Origin: Octopus sinensis
Taxonomy: Eukaryota
DNA length: 64,000 nucleotides
Assembly (NCBI RefSeq): GCF_006345805.1
Contig: NC_043002.1
Location: 71,238,001-71,302,000 of the forward strand
Reading direction: 5' to 3'
Shown here piece by piece: positions 12,552 through 26,842 of this stretch (positions within the stretch are counted from its first letter, which is position 1; every line of letters begins with the position of its first letter). Made by a program: the position numbers and the translations under genes. Under the pieces are notes generated by a model. The model was given only the letters and a program-made list of their open reading frames with translations. It was not told the origin of the DNA and made no database searches.

Positions 12552-14281
12552 AACACACACGCAAACACACACACAAAACACATACATGCACACATACACG
12601 CCCGCGCGTATTTGTATGCGTATGTATGTATGCGTATGTCACCGTGTGCAGGTGGAATTTTAATAACGAAATAGAGGAATACGGGCTGGTTAAGTGAGTT
12701 ACATGCTTATTTCCTTGTGTCCATAGCTGACTATTGCATATTACACATGCCATTCAGAGTTTATGATTAAGTTTTTGCGTATTTGATTGTTTTCCCTTTC
12801 TCAAAATTCATCTAGTTATTATCGAAATGGCAAAGTTCCTTATTTATTTATTTATTTGTTTATTTATTTGTTTGTTTAATCAGTGCATCTTTAGGTATTT
12901 GGTGCTTTCTGAATTTTTAAAGACATGCACTGCTCTGATATGCGCATGGACACGTGTGGGCATTTGGATAAACATACAACTGTTTACATGTATATTCCAC
13001 ACGTATATATGTTTGGGATCATTTGACAGCCTACTATTTACATAACTGTTGTTTCATCATGCTGTTAATTACAGTTAAACAAAATAAACTATTGATTCCA
13101 TGCTGTTAGCATATTTTTCCAAATTTCAAATTACGTATGCTACTATAAGGATATATTTATAAACACAATGATAAAATATAATGTAACAGGACAAACATTT
13201 TTGAAGAACTATGAGCTTTAAACTTTCACTAAATAATAAATATACTTGATATATTATTTGATTGTAATGGTATGTATTCAACTATAATACTCTGATATGA
13301 TATATTGTAATTCGGAAAGATTGCAAAGCTATATCTGTTGAAAATCTGTGATGGATACATTTTAAAGTAAAGACTTTGTTTATGACTCGTTAAATATTTC
13401 TATGCTGTCTTTGAAACAGAGAAAACTAATATCTCAGCGATGTAATAACTAAGTCTATTTATTTGCCAGTAAGATATACAAGGCCTAGTTATAATTTTTG
13501 CTAGTATATTGCATTTCAACCTCGAATTGACATTCACAGAAATGGGTTGTCTAAGATGATTAAGAGAAAAAGTTTATACAAGAATAAAGGAGGATGTGAA
13601 AAGGAAACCATTAAAATTCGTTCTCAATCGATTGCTTGTATTTTCTATTTTAAAATATGAGTAGGGAAATGAGGTTGTGGTGGGGGTAAGGATGACTTAC
13701 TGTTCTTCTGAAGATTTCGTTATTTTATTATGAATGTTTCTTGTGCAATATGTTTTTGAAATAAAATTTTAAATATCAAAAATATTCCACGCTCAAAAAT
13801 GTGATTAGTTTTACAATACTACTGAATTAGAAATCGAAGAACGGAATAAATTTAAAATCAATGTCTACTTTTATTAACTTTTAAAGAAATAATACTTTTT
13901 TTTCAAAGGATATGTATGGTAATCAACAGGTATTAATGACAGGGGAAAAATGACGTTAATGTTTTGGGCTTTCGCAGTTGACAAGTAATAAACAATAATC
14001 TTCTGAAAAAGTCGTAAATTTTCTTGTTTCTACTCAACTGTTCATACACTTGAAATATGTTTTCTACAGAAGATGATAGACAAGAAATCTAATCGAAAAA
14101 AGGAAATCTCATGTCAAATTAATTTTTATTATTTCGATGAATTCCAGTTGAAATACATTTCAATATTCAGCCTCATACGGCTTCAGATGTATTTAAGATA
14201 AGCTGAAATATATAAGATACCATGTAGTTTAAAGCAAAAGTTTGCTACTGGGTTAAAATAATTTCCTTAATTCATTTGTCA

Positions 14282-14500
14282 GAGCTTATATGGATGTTGG
14301 AATCGAAGGGTTGCCAGGTTTATATACAACATACAACTAAGCTCACGTATGATGAGGTCTGGAAGCACTATATTAGACGTTTGAATGGAATTTATAGTAA
14401 ATTTCACTTAAAGTTACCCAAGACAGGATGAGAACAACTGAGTATCCTCCCATCAGCCACAAGATTCTGATGATATATATGAACCAACATGGAGAGGAAA
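14282..14500 (+). mobile_element. Possible highly decayed RTE-like RT remnant
   Basis: ELIWMLESKG..YIQH..LTYDE loosely resembles the IWWALRKKGVPE.YI..I..LY segment of RT; weak. Confidence 0.25.
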
Positions 14501-15087
14501 TATCTTTGTTGTTTTATATGACTTTAACGCTCCGGATTATATATTTCGTAAAATGATTGTATCGTACATACGTGTGTCTGTTTGTACACGTACACACGTA
14601 TATATGTAGTAATGCAGATAGACAGATTTAGACTTCATATATATATATATATATATATAATTTTGTTAAGCAGTTTCGATTTTTACAATTCCCGCACGAG
14701 AAAACCTACGTTTTTCCGCCGAGGGTTTATGTGCCACATTATTAGACTATTTTCTTTAATCGTCACGCGGTGATCGCTATAAGATTTAACCTTATAAATA
14801 ACTATAAATATTATTTACAGAATATATATATATATACTAAAGTAACATAAATTGTCTTAGGTCGTTCCAGCTGATCTACTGAACTTGCCATGCTGGAGTG
14901 GGGGAGTGATTCGCTCCATTACTCACTATATATTGGACACAGGTTGTGTGTCGTTAAGCAGATAGAAAAGATGTTTTCCTGAGGTTAGTAACATAGTTCT
15001 TTATAGGACATCCCTCTTATAATGGCAAAAAAGAAAATTACCGTCCCGTTTAGAAACTTAAGAACTAGGAACTTTGCTCGTTATATA

Positions 15088-15260
15088 TGCAGGAGTGGCT
15101 GTGTAGTATGTAGCTTGTTTACCAATCAGATGGTACCGGGTACAGTCCCACTTGCGTGGCACTTTGGGCGAGTGTCTTCTACTATAGCCTCGGGCCGACC
15201 AAAGCTTTGTGAGTGGATTTGGTAGACGGAAACTGAAAGAAGCCCGTCGTATATATGTGT
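15088..15260 (+). mobile_element. SINE family A, head only
   Basis: gcaggagtggctgtgt..ggtacagtccc..ggcactttgggcgagtgtcttctactatagcc matches the other copies. Confidence 0.85.
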
Positions 15261-16466
15261 GTGTATTTATATATTCGTATGCTTGCTATCAAATAATAAA
15301 TCTATCGCTAAGAAGTATCTTACGAATGAATTTAAACTTAATATTATAGTATAGAGAGATTTTATTCTTTATTTGTGACTTCATTCTTTTTACACTGATA
15401 AACAAATAATTTTCCCATTCACAATCTTTAATAAAACGTAGGTTCCTCACGCATAATGAATTCTTCAACAATTTATTCTATTTTTTTTGCTAATAACGTA
15501 ATTCCACGAGTATTCTTATAAACGCTGTAAAAGACGTTTTCTGATTCAAAATTTTAGTTCATTGATTAAACCTCACTAAGTTAAGTATGTATTTATTTAA
15601 GATCTTCAAATTGTAAATTTTAATATTGTATAAGCCTTTGGAGTAATAATATTCTCCTTATGTAAATATCGTTGTTTATGTAATGATCTAATTATCGTAA
15701 TTTTCTATATCATTAGATATTAAATTTAAGTTTATTCGTAAGATACTTCTTAGCGATAGATAGTTAGGCTTTGCATATACATGTTTTAATAGTATTAATT
15801 GTAGTTTTAAATTTATAATTAAATTAGATAAACTTTGATAAATTTAGATATGTTTCGACTAAAGATTGGTCCAGGCCATGTCTAATTTAATAGCATAACT
15901 TAGTTATTTCTTTAAATTTATATTCGATAATTATTCCCATTCATAATTATATTTATAGTACTTATAGTATTTATTCGATACTATATTACGACGAATTGAT
16001 TATTTCTAAAAGTATTTTACATAAGATTTCCGAAAGTTTGTTTAAGTTAGTTTATTTGTATTTTGAAAGGAGCTATTTCATCTTTAAATATGAAAAATTA
16101 AATTTATTAGGTTTTTATTATATGAGCATATACAATTATTTATAGAGATTATTTTAGATCTTAATTATAATATTTATATACATTTATATATTTTCATTGA
16201 TAATTTATATATATTAGTCATTTTAAATATTTATGTAATTAGATATAGACTAATATTGATATTAGATTATGGGTGGGTTTCCTACCTTATAAATTAAAAT
16301 TAATATTTAACATTATAGTCGATTTGGATATAATCATAATTGTTAATTTCTATGTCTCTAGTTTGATAATAGAATTTATTATAAGTAAAATTATTATATT
16401 ATATATATTATTTATATCTTTAAAATATTGTTTAAATATTTCTGATTATATTTTAGATATTTCAAT

Positions 16467-16529
16467 CACCTGAAGAATGACTGTAACTCGAATTTTTACG
16501 AATTGGACAGCCATGAAACGATCGTAGTG
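16467..16529 (+). ncRNA. Type-I hammerhead ribozyme, intact core
   Basis: cac-CTGAAGA-atgactgt...acagccat-GAAA-cgatc-GTA-gtg; palindromic stem III acgatcgt; predicted cleavage after 16526. Confidence 0.8.
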
Positions 16530-16533
16530 TTAT

Positions 16534-16958
16534 ACTCTTTACTCTTTTACTCTTTTACTTGTTTCAGTCATGTGACTGTGGCCATGCTGGAGCACCGCCT
16601 TTAGTCGATCAAATCGACCCCAGGACTTATTCTTTGTAAGCCTAGTACTTATTTTATCGGGCTCTTTTTGCCGAACCGCTAAGTTACGGGGACGTATACA
16701 CACCAGGATCGGTTGTCAAGCGATGTTGGGGGGACAAACACAGACACACAAACACGCACATACACACACATATATATATATATATATACATATATACGAC
16801 GAGCTTCTTTCAGTTTCCGTCTACCAAATCCACTCACAAGGCTTTGGTCGGCCCGAGGCTATAGTAGAAGACACTTACCCAAGGTGCCACGCAGTGGGCC
16901 TGAACCCGGAAGCATGTGGTTCGTAAGCAAGCTACTTACCACACAGCCACACTGCGCC
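16534..16958 (-). mobile_element. SINE family A, full length (tRNA-derived head, CORE-like segment, internal microsatellite, AAAAGAGT tail)
   Basis: A box TGGCTGTGTGG and B box GGTTCAGGCCC on the minus strand; ACCTTGGGTAAGT CORE-like motif; many copies in the window. Confidence 0.92.
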
Positions 16959-17217
16959 TATTTACTAATTATCTTTTTTTAATAAATTTGATATATATTT
17001 AAAATAATATAAATTAATTAATCTTATGTATTGGCTTAAGTTTTTCATTGTATGATTTGCCTAATAGTGGTTTTATCTCTAATTTAATATAATATAATAT
17101 TTTACTATAAAATTGGATTCAATCCTAAATCTGATTTTTCCCTGTAAGTTTGGATTTATTCCCTAATATTTTATTATATATATATATATATATATATGTG
17201 TATGTTTATGTGTGTTT

Positions 17218-17584
17218 GGTTGTGTGGTAAGAAGCTTGCTTTCCTGCCACATGTTTCCTTATTCAGTTCCACTGTGTGGTACCTTGGCTGTTTTCTACTG
17301 TAGCCTCGGGCCGACCAAAGCCTTGGGAGTCAATTAGGTAAATGGAAACTGAAAAAAGGCCGTCGTATATATATATGACGCTGTGTGTCTGTATTTCTCC
17401 CCACCCCTTCCATGCTTGACATCCGATGTTGGTGTGTTTACGTCCCCGTAACTTAGCAGTTTGGCAAAAGGACCCGATAGAATAAGTACTAGGCTTACAA
17501 AGTGTAAGTCCTGGGGTCGATTTGTTCGACCAGAGTCGGTGCTCCAGCATGGCCGCAATAAAATGACTGAAAAAAATAAAAGAA
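17218..17584 (+). mobile_element. SINE family A
   Basis: Homologous to 16534-16958 in the opposite orientation. Confidence 0.88.
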
Positions 17585-18746
17585 GATATGTAATGTTATA
17601 AAGCTTAGTCTCATAACAGAAAATTAATCTTGCCGAGATCTTTCATGATGAAGAACATTCCAGTTGTGAAGAAGTAAAGTAACAATCATGAAGTATGGAT
17701 GATACGAAACTAAATTTATAATGTATAACACACTTTTGCCAAGACCCTCATTGCTGCACAGCAAAAAGTTGTCAGCGCACTTGATTCTATCCGCCTCTGT
17801 ACCGAGTGTAGGTTTACGCAAAACCATAGTTCAATTCATTTCATACATTGAGATTAACAAAAATGTTGTAACTCCAAATCAGAAACAATATAATAACGGA
17901 TTTCTAATATCACAAGCTCTGCTTTGTATTTTTCTTCTCGTTATTCTTTTTTTTTTTTTACTAGCTTTTCTCTCTGTAGCTTTCCGGCTCAGAAGCTCCT
18001 GGATTGAAGGACAAAAAGTAAAACGTCATGATCATAGAAACTCCTAGAAAGGCACATTTTCAGGTACGACTATTGTATTCCAGAAATGCAGCAGATGTGC
18101 AGGTATCAAATTTGGTAATAATCTCCTCTGGATTGTGTTTTTTTTTCTTTTTTTCTTTTACCCTGATTTATCTCACTTCATGTTTTCGCAATAATAGCAA
18201 CAAGAAAAATATGAAAAGCAACAGGAGCACGAATGCCACAAGACAAAGGTGGTGAGAGGATATTAACAGAAGGATACGTTATTTGGAGAAAGAGAAAATG
18301 AATAAATGAAGAAAATAAATACAGCGAACAAAGGTAGAAACAAGGAAAGGAAGGACGGAAGAAAGGAAGATATGAAGGAAGAATGAAACGAAGAAAGAAC
18401 AAGCAGAGTCAGCAAAAGTAATGTCTTCAAATTCGATAAAGAAAAAAATCTATAAATAGATTCCGGGTATGTTTTGAACAAAAAAAGATGATTTTTTTTA
18501 TTTCGTGACACCTTTCACTGATATCAATAGATTGCAGCTGTCCGTTGGACATAGAATTTTTTTGTATTTGTTTTTAATATGCTATTCTTTCCCTTTATCA
18601 GGGTATGTAATATAATATCATTCTGATTGAATAATGATCCACCTAGAGTTTTACAGTAATCAGTCACATATGTTATATTCTGATGGAAAGGAATTATAGA
18701 TTATATATTTATATCTCAGCACACGAACGAACGCACGCACACGCGC

Positions 18747-18784
<38 letters not shown>

Positions 18785-18807
18785 TCATGTATGTATTTGT
18801 GTATGTG

Positions 18808-18960
18808 TGAGGGTTGTCCAGAAAGTAATGCAAAACCGAGCACGGCTGTTTAATTAACTGACGTAGGTCGATAGAATTGCACATGTTGGTAAAATAATTC
18901 ATTCTCTGTCGGATCTCACCTTACTCTTCTACATTGCAGGCACGTGATGTGTTATAAGCA
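18808..18960 (+). mobile_element. Possible mariner-type TIR remnant
   Basis: GAGGGTTGTCCAGAAAGTAATGCA resembles mariner termini; no partner TIR found. Confidence 0.3.
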
Positions 18961-19071
18961 GAAGATACTTATCTTGGTTGTTGATGAAAGAGGGATGATG
19001 CAGGCTTCTTAGGATTTAGAGAAGACTTCCATTTTTACGTTTATGAATCCAATGAAAATGCAATGGGTATA

Positions 19072-19874
19072 GGAGCAGGCGTAGATGCGTGGTCAGAAGA
19101 TTGCTATTCAACCACATAGTTCTGGTTCAATCCCGCTGCGTGGTATCTTGGACTAGTGTATTCTGCTGTAGCCTTGGGCCGGCCAAAGCCTCATAAGTGA
19201 ATTTAGAAAATGGAAACTAAAAGAAGCCCACTTGGGAGGCACTCGACATGATAAAAGACACCAGTCCGAGTATGAGAAAAGTTCTGAACGCGAACAACAC
19301 CTCTCACAACATCGATAAGTGTACATTATCAAATTGCTCCATCATAGACACCAAAATATGTCCGAAGACCTATGTTGTATACGACGTCAGATGCGGCAAA
19401 TGTGGTGTATGCTACATAGGAAGCACAACAAAAAAACTACACAGACACATAAAAGAACACATGCAGACAGACGCTTCCGCGAAGAAACATCTACGAAAAT
19501 GCCAGACCCGTGAGTTCACAAAACACATTAGGACACAACAGAGCAAAAGAAGCAACCTAAGAATGTCCGAAGCCATATTAATACACCAACGGAAGCCGAG
19601 AGTCAACAACAGAAGAGAGTTAGATGAAGATAACCGGTTGCTATAACAATAATCTTCTACGCATGTCTTCTTCCCCACATACTCACACACATGTAGATCT
19701 GCAAGATTCCCTAATGTCTGAAAAGGGCGGCGGTCATAACCCTGAAATATTGAATAAATGGTGAGTCGCAATGAATTCCCAAGTCGGTTTCTTGTGCTTT
19801 ACCTTGGATTTATATCGCAATATTTCGGCCTTACCCACAAATTTTATATAATATATTTGTATATTTGTATACTG

Positions 19875-19941
<67 letters not shown>

Positions 19942-20130
19942 ATGTGCGTGTGTCGTTGCCTGTCCTCCCACCACCGATTGACAAACCGTGTTGCTGTGTT
20001 TACGTCCCCGTAGTCTGGTGTTTCGGCAAAAGAGACCGAGACTGATTGAATAAGTACCACACTTAACTAAAAATACACAAATTTTTCAAGGTGATGCCCT
20101 AGCATGGCTGCAGGCTAATGACTCAAAAAT
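19072..20130 (+). mobile_element. SINE family A split by a Penelope fragment (head 19072-19229, tail about 19950-20130)
   Basis: Both SINE halves are colinear around the insert. Confidence 0.8.
19230..19850 (+). mobile_element. Penelope-like 3' fragment (GIY-YIG endonuclease)
   Basis: ORF 19248..19646: CPKTYVVYDVRCGKCGVCYIGSTTKKLHRHIKEH..KKHL..LRMSEAILIHQRKPRVN. Confidence 0.9.
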
Positions 20131-20160
20131 AACAGATACGTAGGTTTGGCTGTGTGAATA

Positions 20161-20545
20161 GGCGCAGGAACGGCTGTGGTAAGTAGCTTGATTTCCAACC
20201 ACATGGTTTTAGGTTCAATCCCACTGTGTGGCACTTTGGTCAAGTGTCTTCTACTTTTACCTCAGGCCGACCAAAGCCTTGTGAGTGCATTTCGTAGACG
20301 GAAACTAAAAGAAGCCCGTCGTATACACATACACACACACATATATATATAGATATATATACATATATATATATGTTTCTGTGTCTGTGTTTGCCCTCCC
20401 CCACATCCTCTGAAAACAGATGCTAATGTGTTTACGTCCCCGAAAGCGGTTCAGCAAAAGAGGCCGATAAAATAAGTAACAAAGAATAAGTCCTGGGGTC
20501 GATTTGCTCGACTAAAGGTGGTGCTCCAGCATGGCCGCAGGAAAA
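20161..20545 (+). mobile_element. SINE family A
   Basis: Homology to the other copies. Confidence 0.88.
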
Positions 20546-20769
20546 TTGAAAGAAGGGGAAAAGGGCATTACAAAAACTGCCAAGTAGAAAACCATCTACT
20601 GCAACAACTAAACGAATCCCTCGTCTCAAACTGGTACTCTCTAACGTCTAGGAGTTTGATCCAATAACGGGGAGAGAGACCATGTGGAAATGACTGTGAA
20701 GTATGTAAAACTGTATTTCTCTTACAGGTTTTCGAGAGTTGGCTTCAACGATGACACAAATGTATTTCA

Positions 20770-20925
20770 CCTGTCTTTACGTTCTGAGTTCGAGTTCCGC
20801 CAAGGTCGACTTTGCCTTTCATCCTTTCGGGGTCGATACATTAAGTACCAGTTGCATGCTGGAGTCGATCTAATCGACTGGCTCCCTCCCCAAAAATTTT
20901 GGGCCTTGTGTCCAGAGTATAAAAG
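20770..20925 (+). mobile_element. SINE family B, partial
   Basis: gttcgagttccgcc..gactttgcctttcatcctttcggggtcgat..aagtaccag. Confidence 0.8.
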
Positions 20926-21301
20926 AATATATGTTTTCTTAAAGAATCGTTGCCTACGTAGCTTGGTATAGAAGGAGACTGGGTCTAACAGTGTATGCCG
21001 TTTAGAGGGCTTATGTCAGTGAATAAAAGAGTTATGTCCACTTTTACGATGCATTGCGACTCACAAACGCAGACAGAGAGACAGATAGACACACACACAC
21101 CCACAGCCACTTACAAACACACACGCATGCACACATGCACACAGACGCACGCACACTCACGCAGCAAAAAAAAAACAGATATAATCGACCGCCTTAATGC
21201 CAACAAGCCTCCCGCAAAGCAAGGCAAAGAACCGCACCTTGTCATGTATGTTTGTTGACGAGTGACAGAATAAATAGCTAAGTACTATATATATATATAT
21301 C

Positions 21302-21525
21302 TTACTCTTTTACTCTTTTACTTGTTTCAGTAATTTGACTGCGGCCATGCTGGAGCACCGCCTTTAGTCAGCAAATCGACCCCGGGACTTATTCTTTGTA
21401 AGCCCAGTACGTATTCTATCGGTAACTTTTGCCGAACCGCTATGTGACGGGGACGTAAACGCACCAGCATCGGTTGTCAAGCAATGCTACAAGGGACAAA
21501 CACTGACACACAAACATACACACAC

Positions 21526-21565
<40 letters not shown>

Positions 21566-21729
21566 CATATATACGACAGGCTTCTTTCAGTTTCCGTCAA
21601 CCAAATCCACTCACAAGGCTTCGGTCGGCCCGAAGCTATAGCAAAAGACACTTGCCCAAGATGCCACGCAGTGGGACTGAACCCGGAACCATGTGGTTGG
21701 TTAGCAAGCTACTCACCACACAGCCACTC
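21302..21729 (-). mobile_element. SINE family A, near full length
   Basis: Homology to the other copies; followed by a long (TA)n running to 21921. Confidence 0.92.
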
Positions 21730-21761
21730 ATATATATACAGACACACACATATATATATAC

Positions 21762-22118
<357 letters not shown>

Positions 22119-22309
22119 CATATACACACATGACTGTTCGACTTGAACCATGTTTACACAACCCCACAGGCATTCGGGTCGAGTGCTAATCTATATATGT
22201 ACGTGTGTGTGTGTGTGTGTATTTATGGTTCTGTGTATATATATACATATATATTCCTTTTTTTCATTCCTTATATTTCTTTTACTGGTGACAGTCATTT
22301 GCCTGCGGT

Positions 22310-22631
22310 CATGGTGGAGCACAGGCGTTATGAGTGTTTATTGAGCGAAAACACCCAAAGCATCAAGAGCCTCCTGCTAGGGGGTATTGGCGAACCCTGC
22401 TATACTCTTTGCCCACAACTTTCTCTCCACTCTTCCTTCCTGTTTCTGTTGTACCTGTATTTTAAAAGGCCAGCCTTGTTACACTCTGTGTCATGCCGAA
22501 TCACCCTGAAAACCACGTTAAAGGTACACGTGTATGTGGAATGCTCAGCCACTTACACGTTAATTTCACGAGCAGGGTGTTCTGTTGATCGGATCAACCG
22601 GAACTCTCGTCGTCGTACCGACAGAGTGTTA

Positions 22632-22632
<1 letters not shown>
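22310..22632 (+). mobile_element. SINE family C, 5'-truncated
   Basis: Matches 63380-63690. Confidence 0.85.
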
Positions 22633-22689
<57 letters not shown>

Positions 22690-22945
22690 TGCGCGTGGAA
22701 CGTAAAAGCACCAACCGATTGTGGCCGTATCCAGACTCCCCTTGCACCTGTGCCGGTGGCACGTAAAAAGCACCCACTACACTCAGGAGTGGTTGGTGTT
22801 AGGAAGGGTATCCATCTGTAGAAACACTGCCAGATCAGACTGGAGCCTAGTGCAGCCACCTGGCTTCTCAGACCCCGGTCAACCGTCCAACCCATGCTAC
22901 CATTGAAAACGGACGTTAAACGATGATGATGATCGTGATCATGAT
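22690..22945 (+). mobile_element. SINE/LINE-derived 3' tail ending in (GAT)n
   Basis: GC-richer block with repeated acgtaaaagcacc, ending ggacgttaaacgatgatgat; single copy in this window. Confidence 0.6.
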
Positions 22946-23060
22946 GTTGATGATGTATATATAATTGGTAAGCAGGAGTCAAATATTAAGGCAAGGCAGA
23001 TATCTCAAGTCATACACAATATTATTATAGGAAGAAATTCAAAATCTTACAGATGTTTTG

Positions 23061-23063
<3 letters not shown>

Positions 23064-23121
<58 letters not shown>

Positions 23122-23280
23122 TTTTTTTCTAATTTTTATATATATATATTATATTGTGTGAAATTTGATTTAGTATTTCTAAATTGAATTTTTTCCCTCA
23201 AATAATAATAATAATTATATATATATATATATATATACATATATATGTGGTGTGTGTGTGTGTATATAATATGTATATAT

Positions 23281-23376
<96 letters not shown>

Positions 23377-23400
23377 CATGTATGTATGTTTGCATGTATG
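23064..23400. repeat. (TA)n-rich microsatellite cluster
   Basis: Direct reading. Confidence 0.9.
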
Positions 23401-24007
23401 TGTATGCATGTGCGTGCATGTGTATCCATGTGCATGAGTATGTTAGCGTGTATGTTTGATATATAAGCTGATGATCGCCTTCGTTGTAATTCGCAACTTT
23501 TCAATTATGTTTATTTCTTCTGTTGTTTTTGTTATTTAGAAGAGTGAAAAAGGGAAAAAAAAAACCTTTGGTGATGTACAGTGTCTTCAGATTAAAGAGC
23601 TATTGGTGGTTGAGATCAAAATAATAATGATTTGACGTTACAACATACGTAGCCGATGGGGTAAAATGTACTTTTGCGAACGAAACTATTTTTCTGCTAC
23701 TTTGTGTTCAGGTAGATTCTTCATGCAGCTTACAGAATGGAATGTGAGTGGAAACAATCTTTTCTACATGTTTGCAGCTTTTTGAGGGCCTGCTTTACAC
23801 CTCCAGCCATAATCTTACAATTAAAATGAAATACATTACTTTGTGTGTGATGTACATAGATGCGTGCATGGCTAAGACCTGCGCTTTGAAAAGACGTGAC
23901 AAGTGTTCACTCACATAGTGTGTGATATTATGCAACTGTTTCTGTAAGGTAGTTTCGGATTAACCAGCCTATACTTTGGAGATGGAAACTGTTACAAATA
24001 CATAAAA

Positions 24008-24063
<56 letters not shown>

Positions 24064-24566
24064 GTATATATACATATATACATACATATAGATAGATAGA
24101 TATGCGTGTATGCGTGTGCGGTGGGGGGAGTTTGGCGAGATGCGGTGTTTAGTGGTTAGGTGCAGCGCACTCATGATCATGAGACCATGGGTTCAGTTCC
24201 TAGAGCAGCTGCACGTTTTATTTTTCAGCGAAACATTTCCTTCAATATTCTTCAAGTGCACGTAGCTGCAATGGGTAACTCTACGACAGAATGGTCTTAA
24301 TATCAGGAGAAATGTTAGTCACGTCAACTAGCCAAAGGATTGGCATCATTCGATAAAGTGATACAAAGTAGCAAAGTGCATTGTGACCAATAGTCAGATC
24401 GATCACATCTAGATATCTATCTTTTAATTTATTTATCTATCGATCTGTTTGTCTATCTGCCTGTCTATATTTATACGTATATATATAGATATATGTGTGT
24501 GTATGTATGTATGTATATTCACACACACACATACATATATGTATGCATATATATATACATATATAT

Positions 24567-24600
<34 letters not shown>

Positions 24601-24619
24601 GTGTGTATATATATATATA

Positions 24620-24653
<34 letters not shown>

Positions 24654-25331
24654 CGCACACACACACATGCACGTCTCCCTCGTCATCATCCGGGTAACAC
24701 GGAACTTTTATGTTCGACTTCGTAAATACTTACATCCCTGCATTAATTTATTGCTTTACTCTAAATAGTAAACCCGTTTTCCCTGGTATGTAAAATTATA
24801 AGCAAACAGCAACATACGTACACTTAGCTCTGTTACACAGCGTCAGATCTGGGCAACATGGTTAGAGCTTCAGGCAAAATTGTTCGGTATTTATTTACGT
24901 CCCTTTATATTGTGAACTCTAAATACACCAGTCAAATTAACACTTTCTTTCCGGACTTGGTTAAATAAGTACGTGTCATCTGTTGGTCCCTGCGATCGGC
25001 CATACTTTCTTCCAAAATTATCACTATTTCTAGGAACCAATATTAATCTAAAATAGTTTTCAATACGAACCTTCTCGTTTAAAAATTACTACGATCTGGA
25101 TTAAAACGAATAATTTGCCCGCATTTTTTATACAACTTTTCTGTTTACAAAAATGCTAACGGCATGTCCAGTTAGATTTCGAAAAGAAGCGCAGGTTGGT
25201 AAATATTTAACACTGTAAACTGATGTAAACAGAGTGATGTTGTGTGAGAGAGTTACAGCTGTCTCGTATTGCCCGCTACTTTAGTTATATCAAGATGTCT
25301 CTTCCAAGTTTTCTAAATCTATGTTGTCGTG

Positions 25332-26090
25332 CTAGCAGTATAGCCCGGCGTTGCTCGGATTTGTTTTTTTAGTTGCGCTTAAAACGGCATACTTTGATGC
25401 CGTGTTAAAAAAGTTTTGACATAGTTTCAATCTATGAATAAAAGTTTAGTGTGGCGATGCATTACGGAGAAAAAAATTACCGGTAGATTTAAAGCAAAAT
25501 GAAGCTCAAGTTTCGAGCTGCACTAAAAATCTATTAAGAAGTTAACACTGCAACAATATTCATTAAGAAAGAGTACAGGAAAATCCAAAATGTTAGTAAG
25601 AACAGTTTGTGGTTACAAAATAACAAAACATGTTATTTTGAAGCCAAACGGGTGGGCAACATGAATCGTGGTTGTACCTGTAAAATGAATAGAATCGACT
25701 ATTTTACATCATGTATAACTAAAAATATCTGTAAAATCAAAACATACCCATTGAAGGTTAGACTTGAGCATCGTAGGTAGTAACAGCATGCAGGTCGCAC
25801 CTTTTCTGGTTGAAATACACAGAAAAATGGCGACAGCAATAAAAAACATCGTAAGAAATAGGTATTTTCATAGGAACAAAAGCACCTTTTGATGTAAATA
25901 ATTTTTGGTCTTACCGTGGTCCGATTTGTATTTTTCTTCTACAGAATGACGAGCAAGCCTTCTTCTATCATACTCTCAATTCTGATCAACTTGCGCCGTA
26001 GGCTCTCGGAGGAGAGAGTGTTAGTTGAAGGCTACCAAACCTGCTACATACACACACAGACACAGACAGCTTCAGCTTTATATATAGAGA
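25332..26090 (-). mobile_element. Non-autonomous Helitron (759 bp), same family as 2565-2959
   Basis: Minus strand starts A|TCTCTATATATAAAGCTGAAG and ends ccgagcaacgccgggctatactgCTAG; the 5' about 200 bp and the 3' terminus are shared with the first copy. Confidence 0.8.
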
Positions 26091-26299
26091 TATTTAGAAA
26101 ATTTGCAACTGCATATTTCCTAGGTCGTTGCTATTCAAATAAAATCAACATAAACTGGATAATTTTCTCCTAACGAAGACGATATTCATGATGATGATGA
26201 TGATAATGATGATGATGACGACGATGAGGATGCTGATGATGATGATGATAATGATGATGATGATAATGATGATGATGTTGACAATAACAGTTTAAAATG

Positions 26300-26685
26300 T
26301 TGACACAAGGCCATCAGTTTTAGAGGGGAGGAGATAAAACATTACATCGACCCCACTCTTTCTCTGGTACTTAATTTAGCGAACCCGAAAGGGTGAAAGG
26401 CAAAGTCGACCTCGACAGAATTAGATCTCAGAGCATAAAGACAGACGAAATACCTGTTTGTTTATTACCCACAAGGGGCTAAACATAATGGGGACAAACG
26501 AGGACAGACAAACGGATTAAGTCGATTACATCGACCATAGTGCGTAACTGGTACTTCATTTATCGACCCCGAAAGGATAAAAGGCAAAGTAGACCTCGTC
26601 GGAATTTGAACTCAGGACGTAACGGCAGACGAAATACGGCTATGCATTTCGCCCGGCGTGCTAACGTTTCTGCCAGCTCGCCGCC
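26300..26685 (-). mobile_element. SINE family B (dimeric)
   Basis: Head ggcggcgagctggcagaaacgttagcacgccggg; B box gagttcaaattcc; two GCCTTTCATCCTTTCGGGGTCGAT-like modules. Confidence 0.9.
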
Positions 26686-26686
<1 letters not shown>

Positions 26687-26718
<32 letters not shown>

Positions 26719-26726
26719 TAATAATA

Positions 26727-26757
<31 letters not shown>

Positions 26758-26806
26758 CGACGACGACGATGACGACATCAACAATAACAACAACAACAAC
26801 AACAAC

Positions 26807-26842
<36 letters not shown>

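Larger units (their letters stand above)
15290..17175 (+). mobile_element. Very AT-rich Penelope-pLTR-like element with hammerhead, interrupted by a SINE
   Basis: Inverted repeat 15301-15344 / 15717-15760; intact hammerhead at 16467-16529; bounded by TA-rich tracts. Boundaries are inferred. Confidence 0.55.

Noticed and set aside
22980-23063. Hammerhead remnants (also about 25250 and 35118-35160)
   Set aside because: Only partial GAAA..GTH-like halves with broken cores.
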